This document shows, one piece after another, positions 1 to 12,666 of a stretch of DNA of 64,000 nucleotides (position 1 is its first letter; the number at the start of each line of letters is the position of its first letter). The notes under the pieces are model-generated. The model had not been told where the DNA came from. It did no database searches and saw only the letters and a program-made list of their open reading frames with translations. A program made the position numbers and the translations under genes. Origin of the DNA: Octopus bimaculoides (lineage: Eukaryota); assembly GCF_001194135.2 (NCBI RefSeq), contig NC_068997.1, positions 3,548,244 through 3,612,243 of the forward strand, in the 5' to 3' direction.

Positions 1-3000
1 AGCGCCAACAATCACTTCAGAAACAACCATCACAACTGAACAAAACACTTCTACAAAACCGATAACGGATATAACAAAACGAACTACAGCTACAGAACTG
101 ACGAGCACAAAAAAGCCAAGAACCATTAAAGAATCCAGAACCACAACAGAACCAACAACCACAACAGAACAAACAACCACAACAGCACAAACAGCCACAG
201 AAGGAGACGCAACCACAAGAAAACCAACAACCACTACAGAGCCATTGACCACAACAGAACCAACGACCACAACAGCACAAACAGCCACAGGAGAAGACAC
301 AACCGCAAGAAAACCAACAACCACAAGAGAACCAACAACCACAACAGCACAAACAGCCACAGAAGAAGACACAACCACAAGAAAGCCAACAACCACTACA
401 GAGCCATTAACCGCAACAGAACCAACAACCACAACAGAACCAACAAGCACAACAGCACAAACAGCCACAGAAGAAGACACAACCACAAGAAAACCAACAA
501 CCACTACAGAGCCATTAACCACAACAGAACCAACAACCACAACAGAACCAACAACCACAACAGCACAAACAGCCACAGAAGCAGACGCAACCACAGGAAA
601 ACCAACAACAACTACAGAGCCATTAACCACAACAGAACCAACAACNNNNNNNNNNNNNNNNNNNNNNNNNNNNNNNNNNNNNNNNNNNNNNNNNNNNNNN
701 NNNNNNNNNNNNNNNNNNNNNNNNNNNNNNNNNNNNNNNNNNNNNCAACCACAACAGAATCAACAACCACAACAGAACCAACAACCACAACAGAATCAGC
801 GATTACAACTGAAGCAACAACTATAACAGAACCAACAACCACAATCATATCTACAATTGCATCAAAATCAACAACCACAACAAAACCAGCAGCCACGACA
901 GTACCAACAACCACAACGCAACGAATAACTACAATAGAACTAACAACGGAGCCAGCGTCAGTAACTACTGCGGTAACAACATACGCCACGGCCTTACCAA
1001 CAACACACTCAAAACAACCAAATGAAACAATGCATCCTATATTAACAAGCAGAACTGTTCTCATAGCTGCGACATCTTCGGTACCAACAACAACCACAAC
1101 AGAAGCAGCATCAAACACATCCTCAAAACTAAGGACGACAAAAACCACTTCTACTCCACCCATGAGAACCACGCTGCCAACAACCACATCACTACCATCA
1201 AAAAACATAACTGTACAAATATCAACTAACAGAACAGAAGTAAGACATATCACAACTGACACAACAAAAAGCACTGCAGATTTAACAAACACAACACCAC
1301 AAAGTACAACGACTAAACAGACTGCAATATCAAACACAACATCGGCAACAATAATTGCAACACATCCATCAACATCCTCCACCGAACTAGCAATAGCTGA
1401 TACTAAAATTGTGCCAACAACGACAACCACTGCTAGACTAACAAACATAAGCACGACTGGAATAATATTTTCCACAAGGTCTGCAACATCAGCACGATCA
1501 AAAATGCTGCCAACTGCCCTTGATTCTACGCCAACAACAACAAAGCAGACCGCAAAAACCTCAACTGTACCAAAATCAACAATGAGGCTGGATACATTAG
1601 CACCAACAACAACAGCTGCAACCACTACAATTATATCAACAACGGGAACAATGCCATTAAGAAAACTAAAATCACAAACAACAATATCAACAGTGACAGC
1701 AAAACCCACAGCAAATCTAGTGACAAGAAAGCCCACAATAGTACCAACAATATCAATTCGGACAACAGTACCAGCGACAATAAAAACCACAAAGGTACCA
1801 ACCACAAAAACGAGACCCACAACAGTACCAACAACACCAACAACCATTACAACTGTACCAAAAACAGCAAAATTCACAACAGTACCAACAACAACAAATC
1901 CGACAACAGTACCAGCGACAATAAAAACCACAAAGGTACCAACCACAAAAACGAGACCCACAACAGTACCAACAACACCAACAACCACTATAACTGTACC
2001 AAAAACAGCGAAATTCACAACAGTACCAACAACAACAAATCCGACAACAGTACCAGCGACAATAAAAACCACAAAGGTACCAACCACAAAAACAAGACCC
2101 ACAACAGTACAAACAACAACAAATCCGACAACAGTACCAGCGACAATAAAAACCACAAAGGTACCAACCACAAAAACGAGACCCACAACAGTACCAACAA
2201 CACCAACAACCACTACAACTGTATCAAAAACAGCAAAATTCACAACAGTACCAACAACAACAAATCCGACAACAGTACCAGCGACAATAAAAANNNNNNN
2301 NNNCCACAACAGTACAAACAACAACAAATCCGACAACAGTACCAGCGACAATAAAAACCACAAAGGTGCCAACCACAAAGACGAGACCCACAACAGTACC
2401 AATAACACCAACAACCACTACAACTGTACCAAAAACAGCAAAATTCACAACAGTACAAACAACAACAAATCCGACAACAGTACCAGCGACAATAAAAACC
2501 ACAAAGGTACCAACCACAAAAACGAGACCCACAACAGTACCAACAACACCAACAACCACTACAACTGTACCAAAAACAGCGAAATTCACAACAGTACCAA
2601 CAACAACAAATCCGACAACAGTACCAGCGACAATAAAAACCACAAAGTNNNNNNNNNNNNNNNNNNNNNNNNNNNNNNNNNNNNNNNNNNNNNNNNNNNN
2701 NNNNNNNNNNNNNNNNNNNNNNNNNNNNNNNNNNNNNNNNNNNNNNNNNNNNNNNNNNNNNNNNNNNNNNNNNNNNNNNNNNNNNNNNNNNNNNNNNNNN
2801 NNNNNNNNNNNNNNNNNNNNNNNNNNNNNNNNNNNNNNNNNNNNNNNNNNNNNNNNNNNNNNNNNNNNNNNNNNNNNNNNNNNNNNNNNNNNNNNNNNNN
2901 NNNNNNNNNNNNNNNNNNNNNNNNNNNNNNNNNNNNNNNNNNNNNNNNNNNNNNNNNNNNNNNNNNNNNNNNNNNNNNNNNNNNNNNNNNNNNNNNNNNN

Positions 3001-5436
3001 NNNNNNNNNNNNNCAAAAACAGCAAAATTCACAACAGTACCAACAACAACAAATCCGACAACAGTACCAGCGACAATAAAAACCACAAAGGTACCAACCA
3101 CAAAAACGAGACCCACAACAGTACCAACAACACCAACAACCACTACAACTGTACCAAAAACAGCGAAATTCACAACAGTACCAACAACAACAAATCCGAC
3201 AACAGTACCAGCGACAATAAAAACCACAAAGTTACCAACCACAAAAACGAGACCCACAACAGTACCAACAACGTCAACAGCCACTACAACTGTATCAAAC
3301 GCAGCAAAATTCACAACAGTACCAACAACAACAAATCCGACAACAGTACCAACAACAACAAATCCGACAACAGTACCAGCGACAATAAAAACCACAATGG
3401 TACCAACCACAAAAACGAGACCCACAACAGTACCAACAACACCAACAACCACTACAACTGTATCAAAAACAGCAAAATTCACAACAGTACCAACAACNNN
3501 NNNNNNNNNNNNNNNNNNNNNNNNNNNNNNNNNNNNNNNNNNNNNNNNNNNNNNNNNNNNNNNNNNNNNNNNNNNNNNNNNNNNNNNNNNNNNNNNNNNN
3601 NNNNNNNNNNNNNNNNNNNNNNNNNNNNNNNNNNNNNNNNNNNNNNNNNNNNNNNNNNNNNNNNNNNNNNNNNNNNNNNNNNNNNNNNNNNNNNNNNNNN
3701 NNNNNNNNNNNNNNNNNNNNNNNNNNNNNNNNNNNNNNNNNNNNNNNNNNNNNNNNNNNNNNNNNNNNNNNNNNNNNNNNNNNNNNNNNNNNNNNNNNNN
3801 NNNNNNNNNNNNNNNNNNNNNNNNNNNNNNNNNNNNNNNNNNNNNNNNNNNNNNNNNNNNNNNNNNNNNNNNNNNNNNNNNNNNNNNNNNNNNNNNNNNN
3901 NNNNNNNNNNNNNNNNNNNNNNNNNNNNNNNNNNNNNNNNNNNNNNNNNNNNNNNNNNNNNNNNNNNNNNNNNNNNNNNNNNNNNNNNNNNNNNNNNNNN
4001 NNNNNNNNNNNNNNNNNNNNNNNNNNNNNNNNNNNNNNNNNNNNNNNNNNNNNNNNNNNNNNNNNNNNNNNNNNNNNNNAGACCCACAACAGTACCAACA
4101 ATGTCAACAACCACTACAACTGTATCAAACGCAGCAAAATTCACAACAGTACCAACAACAACAAATCCGACAACAGTACCAGCGACAATAAAAACCACAA
4201 AGGTACCAACCACAAAAACGAGTCCCACAACAGTACCAACAACGTCAACAACCATTACAACTGTACCAAAAGCAGCAACATTCACAACAGTACCAACAAC
4301 AACAAATCCGACAACAGTACCAGCGACAATAAAAACCACAAAGGTACCAACCACAAAAACGAGACCCACAACAGTACCAACAACGTCAACAACCACTACA
4401 ACTGTATCAAACGCAGCAAAATTCACAACAGTACCAACAACAACAAATCGGACAACAGTACCAGCGACAATAAAAACCACAAATGTACCAACCACAAAAA
4501 CGAGACCCACAACAGTACCAACAACGTCAACAACCACTACAAAATTCACAACAGTACCAACAACAACAAAGTCCCGAACAGTACCAGCAACGACAATCTC
4601 GACAACTATAATAAAGACAACAAACAGCACAACAGCAATGAAGCCCACAACAATACCGACAACTACAACAAACCCCACAACAGTACCAACGACGATAACA
4701 TCCGCTATAGTACCAATAACAATAGCAAACCCCACAACAGTCCCAACAACTTCAGACCTCACAACAGGACCAAAGACAACCAAAACTACAACAGTACCAA
4801 CAACAAACCCCACAATAGTACCAACGACACCAATAACCTCCACGACAGTACCAACAACAACAGCAAACTCTAGAACAGTACCAACGACAAGTACTTCAAC
4901 AGTACCAGCAACAACAAAATCAACAACGGTGCTAACAACAATACTATCCACAAAAGCAGCAGCTGCAATAAAACCTACAACAATACCAACAGCAGCAACA
5001 AAATCTACACCAGTACCAACGAAAACAACAAAATCTACAACAGTACCCACATTAATAAGAAACACTACAACAGCACCACCACCAACAACAACAGCAAAAG
5101 CCACTACAGTGCACACAGCAATAAAGACGACAACAAAACCAACAACAACAAAAACTACGAGATTGCCAGCAACAACACCGATCAAAAGTACCACAAAAAT
5201 TGCAACAACAACCGCTACACAACGAAGAACGACGTCTCGCAACACGGAACGAACCCAGTTACCAACAGGACCAACTTCAACAAAAGTACCACCAAGTACC
5301 ACTGTGAAATATCCAACAACTTTCCCAAAAGACCATGTGCCTTCAACCCTTTCGTTTCGCCAATCTTCCACGACGACCTCGCTTCCGCAACGGAAAACCA
5401 CAATTCCAGTTATTACTACGCCTTTCCCAAGAATCA
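1..5436 (+). CDS. Exon 1 (5'-partial): giant Thr/Pro-rich mucin domain with tandem repeats
   Basis: Thr-rich frame from nt 2 (APTITSETT...), continuing across N gaps at 646-745, 2294-2303, 2649-3013, 3498-4079 (apparent frame changes occur only at gaps); ends ...TTPFPRI + A|GTAAGT donor at 5437, phase 1. Confidence 0.9.
160..830 (+). repeat. Coding tandem repeat, acidic TEPTTT-type mucin block
   Basis: CAGCACAAACAGCCACAG recurs at 183, 273, 345, 453, 561 (periods 90, 72, 108, 108 nt); continues past the 646-745 gap. Confidence 0.9.
1741..4560 (+). repeat. Coding tandem repeat, 141-nt / 47-aa Lys-rich mucin unit
   Basis: CCAGCGACAATAAAA recurs at 1771, 1912, 2053, 2137, 2278 and onward; unit PTTVPATIKTTKVPTTKTRPTTVPTTPTTTTTVPKTAKFTTVPTTTN; three N gaps inside. 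Confidence 0.95.
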
Positions 5437-5518
5437 GTAAGTATAAAATTATGTACACACTCACAGAGCATCATGGTTTAGATGTTTGCTTTGCAATCAT
5501 ACGTTTCTGGTATGTGTA

Positions 5519-5579
<61 letters not shown>

Positions 5580-5685
5580 NNNNNNNNNNNNNNNNNNNNN
5601 NNNNNNNNNNNNNNNNNNNNNNNNNATATATATATATATACACACATATATATATATATATATATATACATATACACACACACGT

Positions 5686-5980
5686 CAAGTGGTCGACCAG
5701 ACTGTTAGATGTGTTGCTATGCATCGCTGGTCACAATGCGCTTTGCACCGTTTTAGCTTTCGAATTATGCCACCCTGCTGGCTAGGTGAGCAGGCCAACA
5801 TTCTGTTGGATGAGAAATTTAGTCTGTCGCAGGGTGACCCATTTATACCTCAGTGGACTTGAGCAATGTGAAAAGAAGCGCTTTGCTCAAGAACCCAATG
5901 CGCCGCTTGGTCCGGTAACCGAACACACGATCTAGCGATTGTGAGTGCAGCAGCCCTTATCACTAGGCCACACGTCCTCA
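5686..5980 (-). mobile_element. Diverged tRNA-headed SINE (family D)
   Basis: Shares CATTT..AGCTGAGTGGACT.GAGCA..GTGAA..AAG.G..TTGCTCA..ACAC core and reversed tRNA-like head with 62560-62885 and 20496-20690. Confidence 0.55.
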
Positions 5981-6454
5981 TACAGTCACACACACACATA
6001 TGTGTGTGTGTGTGTATGAGTGTATTTATGTGTGTCTGTACACGCACACTTTATATGTACGTGTGTATATGTGTGTGTGCGTGTGCGCGGGTATGTGTGT
6101 GTGTGTGTGTGTGTGTATGTGTGTGTGTGTGTGCGTACGTACACGCACACACATACACAAAATGAAATGATTCAAAAATCCCCTTAGCCTTAATGTGACT
6201 TAGCCTTAACAAGTGGACCCTGTTGCTCTCAGTTGAGTTTCTTAATGTCGGTCTCTTCTCTCCCTCTCTCCTTCTCTCTATCTTACTTTCCCATCTTACC
6301 CGCCACACCTCAGCCTCTACCTGATCCCCAGCTGCACTTTCTAGCAAGTCTTGTTACAACATAGAGCCATTCGGGATTGGCATTGTTGTCCTCATATATC
6401 TTCTATGTGGTAGGTGATGGTTTATCTTAATCTGGTTATCTTTTTTACCACCAG

Positions 6455-6597
6455 AACTGCTGCCATTCGGCTCTTCCACCAACGCAGGACTGTCAAAGAA
6501 ACTGATTAAAGGCGATGACGTCATCAGCAACGCAATCATATGTAAAGTAGGTTTCCCAGCAATGATTTCAAAGGGCACAGTTTGGAAACGAATATGG
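6455..6597 (+). CDS. Exon 2: N-terminal part of NIDO region
   Basis: ccag| acceptor, phase 1 to 0, (K)LLPFGSSTNAGLSKKLIKGDDVISNAIICKVGFPAMISKGTVWKRIW|GTAAGT; LxPFG..GD..FP pattern typical upstream of NIDO; bridges phases of exons 1 and 3. Not in the ORF track. Confidence 0.85.
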
Positions 6598-7651
6598 GTA
6601 AGTGATAGACTTATTTTTAATCCTCCTCCTAATTCTCTTCTGGCCACGTAGAGGCGAAAAGAGAATGTGCTTGATTATTGATTTCATATTTTGGCACAAG
6701 GCCACAATATTAGGGGAGAAGGTAAATCGATTACAGCAACCCCACTGCCACCCCGCCACTAATCAAATGGTATTTATTTTATCGACTCACCACCACCACC
6801 ACCACCAAAGGATGAAAGGTAAAGTCGACCTCGGCAACATTTGAGCTGAGGGCGTAAAGTCGGAAATGCCGCTAGGCATTTCGTCCTACATGGGTTCATG
6901 GGAATGATTCTGTCATCTCACTGCCCTAAAGGGTTTTAAAGGTTTGATTATTGATGACAAATAAGCAAGTAAGAGAAGAAACTGAAGCAATAAAGCACCA
7001 CGTTAGAATCATTTACAGTGTTTAGCTACAGCCATTCAATTATTTAGCTACAGCCATTCAATTTCTGTGTTCGAAGTACAACCAGGTTTAGACTCTACTT
7101 GGTTGCTTAACCTGCAATAGTAACCAAATAGCCCACATAGTTATACCAATCCTAGTCTTGCAAAACAATAGAAAGTATAGTATCTACATAGAACAGGAGA
7201 CACATGGAATGGAGAGTCGCTGAAGAGGCGACAAATCGTGTAACGAAAGATTTCCAGACAAAGGACATAAAATAAGATTAATAATAAATCTGAAGTGAAA
7301 AACGAATATATAGTGCGTGTGTTTATATTCATATGAGTGTATATGTACGTACATACATACATACATATATGCATACATATATCGTGTACTTTTCTTCTGA
7401 CGAGCGGTCAGCAAACTGAGAAACAGTCTGTCAGAGAAATCCTCCACTCTTTTTCTGTACATCAAAATCATACAAGGAATATGTTTATAATTTTCTTTCC
7501 CAGCTAGGTTTTCTAATATTCAAATATATTTTATCCTTCTGATTCACACTATGTTATTCAAAGTTATACATGCGCATGCGTGTATGTGCGTGTATTTGTA
7601 TGTGTATATGCATATATGTATAAAGCCATGTTAGTGCCGATGTGTGTGTCG

Positions 7652-7701
<50 letters not shown>

Positions 7702-7815
7702 AGTTATACTTATGTATATTTAAAAGTAGGATTTGGATTCGATCCGACCATATTCTGTACACTTTTTTTAAAAAATAATTTCAATGCAAATCCTTCGCGC
7801 TTTGCTTTCGTTTAG

Positions 7816-8136
7816 ATTCACACCGATGGTTTCCTGATCATAAAACAAGATGGCTTCAAAATCAATAAATTACCGAAGAAAGATATCGGTGAACAAGATG
7901 AAGTGATCATCGCTCCGTTTTGGGCAGATGCAGTGACCAGCAAACGTTTCCCGTCCAGTGCCGTATTCTATGATGTCTATGAAATGTGGCCTCTGAAGCG
8001 CATACGTACCGAAGAAGAAAGACTCTTCCTAAATCACATCTCAAAACGGTTGAATATTTCGACCTTCCAAGCTACCTGGGCATTGGTTGTTACTTGGAGG
8101 GACCTCCGTCCTGGTGATATCCTCAACCCGTCTGAG
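7816..8136 (+). CDS. Exon 3: NIDO domain
   Basis: tttag| acceptor, IHTDGFL...IIAPFWAD...FQATWALVVTWRDL...PSE|GTGAGT; IAPFWAD and ATWALVVTW are NIDO-region hallmarks; 107 codons, phase 0-0. Confidence 0.93.
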
Positions 8137-10048
8137 GTGAGTTCATTACACTAACATCTATTATTATTTTTTTTAACTTTGGTCAGTAAGAGTTATTTCC
8201 TATTTACTTCTATCTAGAAATCAGAAGAAATAACTACGATTCCCTTCAAACTTTACTTTTGTGACCTGAATCTATTTTCCATTACTTTTCAGACAGATTC
8301 AGCACTGAGTTTCTGAAGCAGAAATATCTGTATAGTAAATATTCTGCTCAGTACCACAGATTTATTTGTCAGTTGCTTGACCTTAACCACTCGAGCATGT
8401 CCCTTGGTAGATGACAATATGTGCATCACTGATGATGAGCAGGAGTATAGGGGGAGCATCATAGCCATATGTTGAGAGGGATTCTTTTGGGTTTGAATAA
8501 ATGTAACAAAAACAAAGTTTGAAGGAAATATTAGCCATTTTTCATGCTTTCTAGGGGTAAACAAATATGAAAAAACAGTTGCTATCCAAGGACAAAAATC
8601 ATGTTAGACAATGTTATTTTATTTATTCAGACCTAGAATAATGAAAATAACTATTTAGATATCATTCTCTTAATAAATCGAGTTTTCTATGGCAAATGAA
8701 CAATTGTTCTACACTTAATATTGTAATTGCCTCATCACTGCTTTGGCAAGCCGATGTTTCACTTATGAAGTTATAGTATTGCAAAAGCATCTCCGGATTG
8801 TCTCATACAGCACTCAAAATAAATCTTATGGCTATGACACTTATCCTTAACAATTATTCACTCTTCTAATACAGTGCAGTTTATATGAAGAAACCGACGA
8901 AATTGAAGGATTGGATTGGTTCTAACGATTATCGAGGTTGGAGTAACATTATTGAATGCAAATAATTATCATAACTAGTGGTTGTTACCTATAATATTAG
9001 GTCATTAAAAAAATGACTATGGATTTTACACTATGTTATCACCATTACATAATAAGTATTATGTAATCATTGTTCATATTCATGAATCCAGCTCGTTATT
9101 TAAACTATAAAATGTTGAAACAGCTGTAACCAAGGAAGGTGCGCATTTTCTCCTGATGACTCCATACACATGCTAGCATCCGGTATGCGGAGCTTTCATC
9201 TGATAGCACTTGCGTCTGCAAGTTGTTTGCAAAGAATATATCAAACAGGCATCTTTCATCTAAATTATTAGCTGGAAAAAACAATAAACTATTGATGGAT
9301 ATTAATAATTCCGACGTTATAGTGAGAACAAGTTCATACATTAAATACGTTAGCACTAAATTACCTTTGTCAGCACAGAGCCGACATACATATTTGATAG
9401 TATTTACACCTCTGGTCTCAGTCACAAGATCAATAATTATTGCAAGTTCGTAGAAATATTATCATGAGATGAGATCGTAATGCAGTTTGGATTCCCGATT
9501 GAAACTAATTTCAGGGTAAAAAGCATGAATATTACATCATCTCACTTAAACATTTCAGCCTTCCATCAAATTCATGATCAAAATAAATATAAAGAAAGTT
9601 ATTCACTGGTATCGTGGTGCAAGAAAGAGACTTTGGGTGAAGTAAGTCTACGATCCAATTCCGATTTCCAGTAAACTCATTAAGCCATCATTTTTTTTTT
9701 ATTCATGAATTAGTCAGAGGAAGTATAAATCCTCCTAAGGAAAATTAGGGAGGAAACTGTGGGCCTAGTTGAATACACCACAAGGGAGCGAGCTTTGTAA
9801 AAGTCTAAAAGAAGTTTTAAGTAATGCGATTTAAGCGCAAGGGTACCCACGCAACAATTGGTGCTTTTAAACCGAGGGGCTTGCCTTGCTTATCAGCTAA
9901 TCACAGACAATCCAATAATGACTACAGGAACAGTATTAATGCCACAGTTCTCCATTGTTGTCCTTAATAAACAAGAGCACCATGTCCAAACATTAAATAG
10001 AAAAAATGTTTGTAAACTCAAAGTGATATTGTGGTTGTATATTTCCAG

Positions 10049-10256
10049 AAAAATACATTCCAAGCTGTTTTGGTAACAGACGGTAGAGCCTCCTATGTCA
10101 TTTATTTGTATGAAAGAATGGAATGGAAAACATTTAACTTACTCTACAGAGATGTAGTTGTAGGTTACAGAAGAGGCATAGATGACAGCAACTATTTTAT
10201 GACTTCCATAAGAAACACAGATATTTTGCAGATCGACAAGATCAAAGGAAATACAG
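10049..10256 (+). CDS. Exon 4: NIDO domain C-terminal part
   Basis: ttccag| KNTFQAVLVTDGRASYVIYLY...KGNT G|GTAAAA; NTFQxVLxTDG is the NIDO signature; phase 0 to 1. Confidence 0.93.
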
Positions 10257-10262
10257 GTAAAA

Positions 10263-10265
10263 AGA

Positions 10266-10335
<70 letters not shown>
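10263..10335. repeat. (TAA)n microsatellite, tail of a minus-strand family B SINE
   Basis: About 24 uninterrupted ATA units directly after the exon 4 donor. Confidence 0.95.
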
Positions 10336-10500
10336 CTTTTCTTTTAATGGCACAAAGCCTGAAATGCGGGAGGGGATAATAGATTTCATTGACTCCAGTG
10401 TTTCATTGGTACTTAATTTATTGATCCCGAAAGGATGGAAGGCAAAGTCGACCTCGGCGGCCATATAATAATCATAATAATAATGATAATAATAATAATA

Positions 10501-10896
10501 ACATGCTTTCTAATTGATGTATCAATACCAGCAGATGACAACGTTTCCCTAAAAGAAATGGAAAAAACTTTCAAAATACAAAGACCTGGAAATAGAGGTA
10601 ACTCGAATGTGGAATCTAAAAACAAACAATTCCTATCATAGTAGGTGCCTTAGGTATAATAAAAAAATATTCAGACAAATACATAACAAAAACACCAGGA
10701 CTTACAGATATATATAACATACAGAAAATTGCACTACTGGGCACTGCACACATCCTAGGCAAAACACTTTCAATACAGTAACCATAAGAGCACCACAGCA
10801 AACCACAGCACATACCCAAGGCGCACAGAGCTGCGCTCGGTAGTGAAGTGAAAGCACGTTATAAAAATAAAACTACTGAACAATAATAATAATAAT
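10501..10896 (+). mobile_element. 5'-truncated R4/Dong-like non-LTR retrotransposon 3' end (RLE domain remnant + 3' UTR + (AAT)n tail)
   Basis: With two frameshifts reads TCFLIDVSIPADDNVSLKEMEK-LSKYKDLEIEVTRMWNLK-TIPIIVGALGIIKK...IQKIALLGTAHILGKTLSIQ* (stop 10779-10781), the restriction-like endonuclease C-terminus of R4-clade elements; TAA runs on both sides. Confidence 0.8.
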
Positions 10897-11127
10897 GAAC
10901 CTTTTGACAATTTGGTGGGTGGAAATAGCCACGCTACTTGTGGCAACGTTTCAGGGTTCATAAAACAAATATTAGTGAATTTCAGGATCGGTTTAATCGA
11001 CTAGGCTCCTCACAAATATCTTTCTTTCCATATAACCTACGTTACAAATTAATGTTGTTGTTGTTGAGTTGTTATTGTTGATGTTGTTATCACTGGCGTC
11101 ATCATTGTGGTCATCTTCAATTCACAG

Positions 11128-11381
11128 GAATTTACGGGTGGTGGCAGTTCCCGCTAGGAGTAATTAAAGAAAAAGAAAATTTCGCACAACAATGTATGAA
11201 ATGGTATTACGAGAATTCGGCACAGCAGCGAATCGAAGCCAGAAAACTCTCGGCATTGAGTACACCATGTCCGTGTAATCTTCTGCAAGCTAAGAAAGAC
11301 ACGCGCTTTGAAATGTACCAAAATTCCAACAATTGTCTCCGCCTGATGTTTCCTACCGATGGAAAATCTAAAGGTGTCAGG
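11128..11381 (+). CDS. Exon 5: end of NIDO (GxWxF) and start of AMOP domain
   Basis: ttcacag| GIYGWWQFPL...CMKWY...CPCNLLQAKKDTRF...GVR|GTGAGT; CxxW and CPCxxxQAxxDxRF match AMOP; phase 1 to 0. Confidence 0.92.
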
Positions 11382-11427
11382 GTGAGTAAGATGTTGCCTC
11401 CTTAAATACACGATATGGTTTTACATT

Positions 11428-11712
11428 GTGAAGGCGCGTGGCTTAGTGGTGAGAGTAATCGGATTACGGTCGTAAGGTCGTAAGATCGTAAGTTCAATTC
11501 CCGGCAGCGCGTTGTATCCTTAAGCAAGACACTTTATTTTACGTTTGCTCCACTCCATTCAGCTGGCAAATATGAGTTGTACCCGTAATTTAAAGGGCCG
11601 GCCTTGTCGCATTCTGAGTCACGCTGAATCTCTCTGAGAACCACGTTAAAGGTATGTGTGTCGGTAGAGTGCTCAGATAACTGGAACCCTCGTCGTTGTA
11701 ACCGACGGAATT
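11428..11712 (+). mobile_element. Diverged SINE related to family A
   Basis: tRNA-like head GAAGGCGCGTGGCTTAGTGGT...GTTCAATTCC; shares the 3' part (GTCACGCTGAAT...CTGGAACCCTCGTCGT) with family A. Confidence 0.7.
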
Positions 11713-12228
11713 TCAGTTATAGTCTTACATAACGGCAAATATGTTCCGATCTTTTGACCCCGCTTGTGTGTATATATGTCAATGCATTTATCTATGTATG
11801 TCATTCTTCAGTTTCATTTCAAGATTTCTTGCTAACAAAGAAAAGACCCCTTTCTAACCTAGGTCCAAGGCTCAATAGTGTACTTTTGTATGTATGTGTA
11901 TATATGTGTAGTGTTTGGAATCAGTGCGTGTACAGGTTTGTATGTTTAGTTTTATGCATGTATTCTCATGCGAATATATACCTAAATGATAAACATTTGA
12001 AAACTTTTATAGATTTTATAGATGTGTATGCATGTACATATTATGTGAGTGTAAATCTGTGTATGGTTGTGTGTGTGATGCATGGTGTGTGTATTTATGT
12101 GTGCGGGCGTGTATGTGTAGTGTGACGTGTGGAGGCATGAGTTAGCACGTTTCAGTGTCGAGGGTACGTATGTGTGTTTTGTAATTGTTTACTTCCAAGT
12201 TCAACACAACTCATTTCTTCGAATGCAG

Positions 12229-12433
12229 ATCTGTTGCTATGATTATCAAACAAATGCCTTGAAACCAACTGACAGTCCATTCTTCATCAATGACCCAACA
12301 AATGCCAAAATCAAGTGGATTGAAGAAGACAAAAAACCTGTGGACGTTTGCTGTTCCTTTTCTGCTTACTGTTCGCTTTTCAATGAAGTTCGCTCTGTGT
12401 CCGATTGCAGCAATTATGTGATGCCCGTCGAAG
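12229..12433 (+). CDS. Exon 6: AMOP domain C-terminal part
   Basis: tgcag| ICCYDYQT...DKKPVDVCC....CSLFNEVRSVSDCSNYVMPVE G|GTTAGT; CCY and DxxPxxxCC..C..F..R...C..Y pattern of AMOP; phase 0 to 1. Confidence 0.92.
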
Positions 12434-12598
12434 GTTAGTCCACTTTCTTCATTGTTGATCATCACTGTAACCATGCGCAAACAGAAATACATGCATACAC
12501 ATTCAAATTATCCATTTACATATATATATATATTTATATACCTATATGTACATGTACACACACTAAATGTATGGATGTATTTTTATGTAATTATGTGT

Positions 12599-12666
<68 letters not shown>

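Noticed and set aside
2304-4191. Frame changes across the mucin exon and Asn/His- or Gln-rich alternative frames
   Set aside because: All shifts coincide with N gaps of estimated length; not programmed frameshifting or pseudogenisation.
612-5464. Long minus-strand Val-rich ORFs (600 aa, 661 aa, 298 aa) and Cys/Trp-rich ORFs
   Set aside because: Antisense shadows of ACA/ACC-rich Thr codons: the + strand has few TTA/CTA/TCA triplets in those frames, so minus-strand stops are rare. No domain content or splice logic.
8289-9674. Cluster of 60-106 aa ORFs in intron 3 as a nested gene
   Set aside because: No recognisable motif, no consistent splice chain, AT-rich; a decayed transposon cannot be excluded but is unsupported.
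10257-10468. Poly-Ile extension of exon 4 as a transmembrane segment
   Set aside because: It is (ATA)n read-through past a good donor at 10257; exon 5 continues the NIDO domain in phase.
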